Source: a virus (Duplodnaviria > Caudoviricetes). Taken from it: DNA of 64,000 bases. The position numbers and the translations under genes were made by a program. Of the stretch, positions 59,082-64,000 are shown in pieces; position 1 is the first letter of the stretch; each line of letters opens with the position of its first letter. Where the stretch lies: the IMG/VR virus record IMGVR_UViG_2816332632_000001, positions 11,200 through 75,199 of that record; one strand, 5' to 3'. The notes under the pieces were generated by a model that ran no database searches, was not told the origin of the DNA, and saw only the letters and a program-made list of their open reading frames with translations.

Positions 59082-60187
59082 TGAGCGACCGCGTATACAA
59101 GGACAAGTTCACCCTCGACGGCCGCCTGCACCCGCAGCGCGGCGCATCGCGGGCCAAGGTGCTCGAGGCGAAGGCGCTCATGGAGCGCGCGCTGAGCGGC
59201 GACTACGAGGCGGATGCGAAGCTCCGTCGCCTGGTCACCTCCGAGGCGTACACCTCTGCCGACCTGGCTCCGGCCGTCGCGCACCTCGTCAACCTCCAGA
59301 CGATCCCGCAGTTGGACAAGCCGCAGTACAGCGTGTCCGACCTGGCGAGCGTCCGCGTGGTCAAGGACTTCAACCCGGCCGTCCTATACTCCCTGTACGG
59401 CGACCTCAAGGGCTCTGGCATCGACGCGAACGGCGCCCCGGCGCGCGTTCCCGAGGGCCAGCAGTACCCGACGGTGACCGTGAGCGGCGTCGAGTCGTTC
59501 TACGCGGCACTGGCCAAGCGCGGTGTGCGGTTCGACTTCACCTGGGAGGCGCAGATCAACGACACCGTCGGCTTCTTCGCAGACCTGCCCGGTGAGATCG
59601 CGCAGCTTTCGCACGACGCGGACTACGCCGAGGTGCTCAACGCGATCCTCTCGGCTCCGTCCTCGAGCAACCTCGCCGGTGGCACCCTCCCGAACGGCGT
59701 CGTGGTTCCGGCCATGTCGAAGCTCACCCCGGATGCCATCTGGCAGGCGAAGTTCGAGCTCTCGCAGCGCAAGATCAACGGCCGCCTGATCGGCGAGGCT
59801 TCGGGCTACAACGTCCTGGTCCCGGTTGGCCGCAAGGGCTTCATCGACTACGAACTCAACAAGCAGCTCGTCGAGTTCAGCGAAGGCACGCTCAAGTTCT
59901 CCGGCGCCTCGTACTACCAGGGTGCGCTCGGGAACGTCACGACCGTCGAGTCGCCTCGCATCACCGGCGACTCCTGGGTCATGCTGCCGAAGCCGGGTGC
60001 CACGAAGCGCCCGTCGGTCGACCTGCTCAAGCTGCGCGGCTACGAGACCCCGGAGCTTCGCGTCCGCCAGGATGGCGGGGACTCCTCGTTCGACACCGAC
60101 ACGAAGGCGTTCCGCCTGCGGTACGTCGTCGGTGGCGCACTGTGGGACTCGAAGTACATCCTCAAGTCCGACGGATCTGCTGCCTAA
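59081..60187 (+). CDS. Major capsid protein
   Basis: VKDFNP, VPEGQQYP, FTWEAQINDT, SFDTDT..FRLR. Confidence 0.88.
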   Translation: MSDRVYKDKFTLDGRLHPQRGASRAKVLEAKALMERALSGDYEADAKLRRLVTSEAYTSADLAPAVAHLVNLQTIPQLDKPQYSVSDLASVRVVKDFNPAVLYSLYGDLKGSGIDANGAPARVPEGQQYPTVTVSGVESFYAALAKRGVRFDFTWEAQINDTVGFFADLPGEIAQLSHDADYAEVLNAILSAPSSSNLAGGTLPNGVVVPAMSKLTPDAIWQAKFELSQRKINGRLIGEASGYNVLVPVGRKGFIDYELNKQLVEFSEGTLKFSGASYYQGALGNVTTVESPRITGDSWVMLPKPGATKRPSVDLLKLRGYETPELRVRQDGGDSSFDTDTKAFRLRYVVGGALWDSKYILKSDGSAA

Positions 60188-60198
60188 GCAACAGCACA

Positions 60199-60241
60199 GA
60201 CGCGAAGGGGCCGCCCGAATTGGGCGGCCTCGCGTCGTTTA
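60199..60241 (+). terminator. Terminator after major capsid gene
   Basis: GACGCGA..GGCCGCCC/GGGCGGCC-TCGCGTC followed by TTT. Confidence 0.7.
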
Positions 60242-60294
60242 AGCAGCTAATCCTATCTGGGAGTTAGCTGTGTGAATGCTGATAGACTAGCGAT

Positions 60295-60362
60295 GTGGTT
60301 CTCCTCCAGCCACCGAAACGCCCCAGGAATTGAGCCGACGCTCTTCCTGGGGCGCTTCCAAT
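60295..60362 (+). ncRNA. Putative two-hairpin small RNA with CUCCUCC loop
   Basis: Own TAGACT -10 (60283-60288); GTGGTT-CTCCTCC-AGCCAC and CGCCCCAGGAA/TTCCTGGGGCG stems. Confidence 0.5.
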
Positions 60363-60401
60363 TCTGGGAGTTGCCTGAGTGTTAGCTGATAGAATTGCGG
60401 C

Positions 60402-60881
60402 ATGACCAACCCCGGCCTGAGCCCCATCAATCCGTCCACACTGGTGGGTAAGTTGCGGCTCGAGATCGGTGACGTTCACGGGGAGCCGCTGGACCCCGAG
60501 GTTCCCGGCCAGCTCGACTACGACTGGTTCAGCGACAGCGAGCTCGCGCAGTTCTTCGGCGACGAGTCGTCGGTCCTCCGGGCCGCCGGGCGCGCCGTCC
60601 GACAGCTTGCCCTTGGCGGCGGCCTCAAGGCCATCTCGATCAAGACCGACGACCTGTCCCTCGACTCGCAGAAGCGCGGCTCGACCCTACTGGAGATCTC
60701 GCAGGCTTACTTCGCAGACGCGGACGCCGCAGACTCGCGCACAAACGGCGACCTCTTCCAGGTCATCCCCTTCGGCGGCATCAGCACGCCGGCCCCAGGC
60801 GCCGACCTCTCCTGGGGCGCTCCGCCCGCACAGCACTCCTTCCGGCCTGACCCCTTCAACCCCGGCTACTTCGTCGCATGA
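60402..60881 (+). CDS. Head-to-tail adaptor
   Basis: VGKLRLEIGD...FSDSEL...IKTDDLSLD pattern. Confidence 0.75.
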   Translation: MTNPGLSPINPSTLVGKLRLEIGDVHGEPLDPEVPGQLDYDWFSDSELAQFFGDESSVLRAAGRAVRQLALGGGLKAISIKTDDLSLDSQKRGSTLLEISQAYFADADAADSRTNGDLFQVIPFGGISTPAPGADLSWGAPPAQHSFRPDPFNPGYFVA

Positions 60882-61829
60882 GTACCTGGCTGATTCCGGG
60901 CGTCGACGCGGAAACGAAGCTCTTCCCTCAGCCCACGATGGACGCCCTCGCGGACGCCCTGGGCGCCACGCCTGACGAGATTCAGGCGGCCGTGGAGGAG
61001 TACCTCACCGCCAACCCTCCGGCAGCCGGAGAGCCTCTCCTGGCCGCGCACGTTGCCGATCCCGAGCCCCATCCGGCCTACGACGACACCCCCTCCCTGT
61101 CGACCCTCTTCGAGAACGGCCTTGTCTAATGTCCCTCGTCTCCAACCTCCAGTCCCTCGCCACACGCATCGCCACTGAGCTCAAGGCGCACCGCGTCCTC
61201 ATCAATGGCAACGCGACCGACCTCTCGGCACTGACGACCACGCAGAAGTCCAGCCTGGTTGCCGCCATCAACGAGGTCGTCGCCTCGATCAGCGCAGGCG
61301 GCGGTGCAGCGATCGACGACGCGACTACGAGCACGACCAAGGTGTGGTCCTCGAGCAACACTCAGGCCAAGATCGTCGCCGCTGTCGCAGGAGTCGTCGC
61401 TTCGGCTCCCGGCACGCTGGACACGCTCAAGGAGCTCGCGGATGCGCTTGGCGACGACGCGAACTTCGCGGCCACCACGGCGACCGCGCTCGGCAACCGC
61501 GTCCGCTTCGACGCGGCACAGACCCTCACCACGCAGCAGAAGGCGCAGGCGAACAGCAACGCAGGCTCGCTCTCGCTCGTGGACGCCGGTGACCCGACCA
61601 CGAACTTCGTCACGACTTTCGAGGCCGGTCTGGTATGAGCCTGGTAGCGAACGTCACGGCGCTCGCCGCGCGGATCGCCACTGAGTTCAAGTCGATCCGC
61701 GCGGCGCTCGACGCCAAGGCGCGCACTGGAGCGAACGGGCGAACCGACCTCGGGCTCTACAGCATCGCGAAGGACGGGCCCACCGCGGGCATCCCGGAAG
61801 GCTCCATCATCTTCGAGTCGCTCTCGTGA
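60878..61829 (+). CDS. Three small virion-associated genes (60878-61129, 61129-61638, 61635-61829)
   Basis: APGTLDTLKELADALGDDANFA fibre motif; paralogous N-termini. Confidence 0.65.
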
Positions 61830-63427
61830 GCATTGCGCTCCAGGGCTCCCCGGTCGTCGTTCAGACCTCGGCGGCGTCCGCAACGGTAGGCGCTCCCGTG
61901 GGTCTCACTGTTGGCGAGATCATCCTGCTCGCCATCTCCCACCAGAACCAGGCCGCCTCCGCCGACTGGACCCTCCCGAGCGGGTGGGTCCGCTTCGGCA
62001 CGCCGTGGATGCAGAACGACGCCAACCAGCGCGGCAACATGCTCGCCTACCACGTCGTCACCTCCGCGGACGTGAGCGCGCAGGCGGGCGGATCAAACCC
62101 GTCGTGGGTGTTCACCTACCCCTCGGGGTCCGGCCGCCTTCCAGCGTGGGCGTTCCGCTTCTCCGGCGTCGACACCACCAACCCGGATGCCGGGCACTCG
62201 GTCGGCAACCCGGCAACGCTCACCGGCGCAACCAGGACGCTCCCCGGCTTCTCTGTCGCCGTCGACAACGCCTACCTGGTCGTCATCGCGAGCAACCAGC
62301 TTGTCAGCCCCAGTGCCGCAGGCGTATCCGTCGACTCGGGGATGACCCAGCTTGGCCTCGTGAGTTCGCTCGCCGGCGCCGACAACACCAGCGTCACTCG
62401 GACGCTGCTCGGCGTGTTCGGGAAGCAACTAAGCGCGGCCGGAGCCAGCCCCACGCCAACCGTGACCTGGCCGACGGCGACCGGTGCGTCGATGATGTCA
62501 GTGGCTCTCCGCCCCGCCACCGTCGCCCCGCCGGCGACTGCCGTAGTGAAGCAGAAGACGGCTGCTGGCGCCGCCGACGTACTCGCGTGGAAGGCGGGCG
62601 CATCCGGCGCCAAGCTCCCTCTCGCGCGCGTCTGGACCGTCGGCGGTGGGCAGAAGACCCCAACGGCGTTCATCGCCAAAGCGGGGGCGATCTGCGGCCA
62701 CATGGGGATGCGCTACGACGAGGTTGAGGGCTCGATGGAGGGCATCACTCGCGCGCTCATGGCGGGCGTCGACGGCCTCATGCTGTCGCTCGCCCGAACC
62801 TCCGACGGCAAGTTCTTCCTGCTCAACGACACCAAGTATCTGGACCGGATGCAGCGTGGTGTCGAGGAAAAGGACGGAGGCACGACGCTGGACTCGTCCG
62901 CGATGACATGGGCGCAGGTGCAGGCCTACGACCAGGGCTCGTACTGGACGAAGCGTGGAGCCGGCGGCCCGCGGCGACCATTCCTGCTGCTCACGGACTT
63001 CCTGGCGGCCTACCCAACGGTCGGCCCCATCATGATCGACCCGAAGACCATTCCGTCGACGTACTTCCCCGCCATCCTCGACCTCATGGATGCCAACGGC
63101 GGCCCCTCCAGATTCATCGCCAAGTATTACTGCACCGGAACAGGATGGGCCACCGCCGCGCGAGCGCGTGGATACCTCACGTGGGGATACTTCTACGCCT
63201 CCGAGATCGCAGCGGGGACCACGCCGCTCGCCACGTACGCGCCAAACTGGGACTGGCTCGGCCTCGACGTCGGCGGAGCGACCGCGCAGTGGACCGCCAT
63301 GAAAGCGCTCGGCAAGCCGATCATCGGCCACATCACCAACCTGCGATCTGACTACGACCTCGGGATCTCGAAGGGCGCCAACGCCATCATGGCCGCTGGC
63401 GTCCTCGAGGCTCGCAACCTCGTCTAG
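61826..63427 (+). CDS. Virion protein with C-terminal glycerophosphodiester phosphodiesterase-like domain
   Basis: GHMG, E.SMEG, RTSDGKFFLLND..LDR, IDPK. Confidence 0.7.
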   Translation: MSIALQGSPVVVQTSAASATVGAPVGLTVGEIILLAISHQNQAASADWTLPSGWVRFGTPWMQNDANQRGNMLAYHVVTSADVSAQAGGSNPSWVFTYPSGSGRLPAWAFRFSGVDTTNPDAGHSVGNPATLTGATRTLPGFSVAVDNAYLVVIASNQLVSPSAAGVSVDSGMTQLGLVSSLAGADNTSVTRTLLGVFGKQLSAAGASPTPTVTWPTATGASMMSVALRPATVAPPATAVVKQKTAAGAADVLAWKAGASGAKLPLARVWTVGGGQKTPTAFIAKAGAICGHMGMRYDEVEGSMEGITRALMAGVDGLMLSLARTSDGKFFLLNDTKYLDRMQRGVEEKDGGTTLDSSAMTWAQVQAYDQGSYWTKRGAGGPRRPFLLLTDFLAAYPTVGPIMIDPKTIPSTYFPAILDLMDANGGPSRFIAKYYCTGTGWATAARARGYLTWGYFYASEIAAGTTPLATYAPNWDWLGLDVGGATAQWTAMKALGKPIIGHITNLRSDYDLGISKGANAIMAAGVLEARNLV

Positions 63428-63642
63428 CTGCCCACCTCGTTCTCACAGAACCACTCCTGATACTCGACTCCGGCCTTCATGCCGCGATCGAACTCCGCCT
63501 TGAGCCGCTTCTTCGACAGCGTCTCCGACGCCTCAGCTCGCCCCTTCTGGTAGGCCGACTGGACCGCCACCCCGGCGCCCCAGATCGTCGCTACAATCAC
63601 CAATACGGCACATGCGATCATGAGCCAGACCTTCATTTTCAA
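63424..63642 (-). CDS. Small single-TM protein beside att
   Basis: N-terminal hydrophobic helix. Confidence 0.55.
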   Translation of the reverse strand: MKMKVWLMIACAVLVIVATIWGAGVAVQSAYQKGRAEASETLSKKRLKAEFDRGMKAGVEYQEWFCENEVGS

Positions 63643-63786
63643 TCCTCATTCCCCTCTTACAGATCCCGAACTTATTCCGAACATTCAGCGGCAAGCGGGG
63701 GAACTCTGAGGTAGTCGGAGGAAAGCAACTTCCGCGAGAATACAGGCATCGGAAGGTTCTGGAAGGTCAAGGAAACACGTGATTTG

Positions 63787-63825
63787 TAATCCGCGGGTCG
63801 TGGGTTCGAGCCCCACCGGGCCCAC
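63787..63825 (+). repeat. att core: 3' half of a host tRNA
   Basis: TAATCCGCGGGTCGTGGGTTCGAGCCCCACCGGGCCCAC with no 5' half upstream. Confidence 0.85.
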
Positions 63826-63841
63826 CTCATCATCACGAGGG

Positions 63842-64000
63842 ATCCTGCGAGACGACCCGTTCGAGGGCGTCGGCAAGCCGGAACCGCTGAAACACGCACT
63901 GGCGGGGGCGTGGTCACGACGCATCGACGAGGCGAATCGCCTCGTCTGTCTCGTGGACGACGCCCATGTGATCATCCTTCAAGCCCGCTATCACTACTGA
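63842..64000 (+). pseudogene. yoeB: 5'-truncated Txe/YoeB toxin
   Basis: DPFEGVGKPEPLKHALAGAWSRRIDEANRLV...QARYHY without N-terminus or start. Confidence 0.8.

Larger units (their letters stand above)
1..63825. mobile_element. Prophage (temperate siphovirus); left end lies outside the window
   Basis: Integrase and excisionase at left, head, tail, lysis and replication modules, tRNA 3' fragment (att core) at right. Confidence 0.96.

Noticed and set aside
63750-63825. Intact tRNA at the right end
   Set aside because: No 5' acceptor strand or D arm upstream; only the att duplication is present
63779-64000. 73-aa ORF as an intact toxin gene
   Set aside because: Its N-terminus is translated tRNA/att sequence; only the C-terminal part is YoeB

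Overview
Almost the whole window (1-63825) is one prophage of a high-GC actinobacterial siphovirus; a Microbacteriaceae-type host is inferred. A tyrosine integrase runs off the left edge, and the right end is a 3' tRNA fragment (att core, 63787-63825) followed by a truncated YoeB toxin. Gene order: int/xis/HNH, head-tail and tail genes, lysis, a long leftward replication/anti-defence arm (RuvC, C5-MTase, Prim-Pol, SSB, AAA ATPase, Cas4-like nuclease, WhiB, NARP1-like NAD pair, RNA ligase, Pnk, helicase, many small genes), tRNAs, a rightward accessory arm, a DGQHR/DndB-family gene, then terminase, portal and capsid. The best candidate for an undescribed system is the regulatory switch. No cI-like repressor is recognisable. 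About 25 copies of a 12-bp palindrome (TTAGCTAGCTAA-like) cover promoters and gene ends, a perfect LexA box overlaps the promoter of an unannotated leaderless 51-aa ORF (putative antirepressor), and an operator-free ParB-fold DGQHR gene is a repressor candidate. Other oddities: a tRNA-like RNA with a 19-nt anticodon loop just upstream of a primase that appears to start at ATA, a putative small RNA displaying an anti-Shine-Dalgarno loop, about 20 proteins ending in an ssrA-like Ala-Ala, and a 26-aa peptide resembling a ribonucleotide reductase tail. All calls come from reading motifs by eye; no database searches were run.
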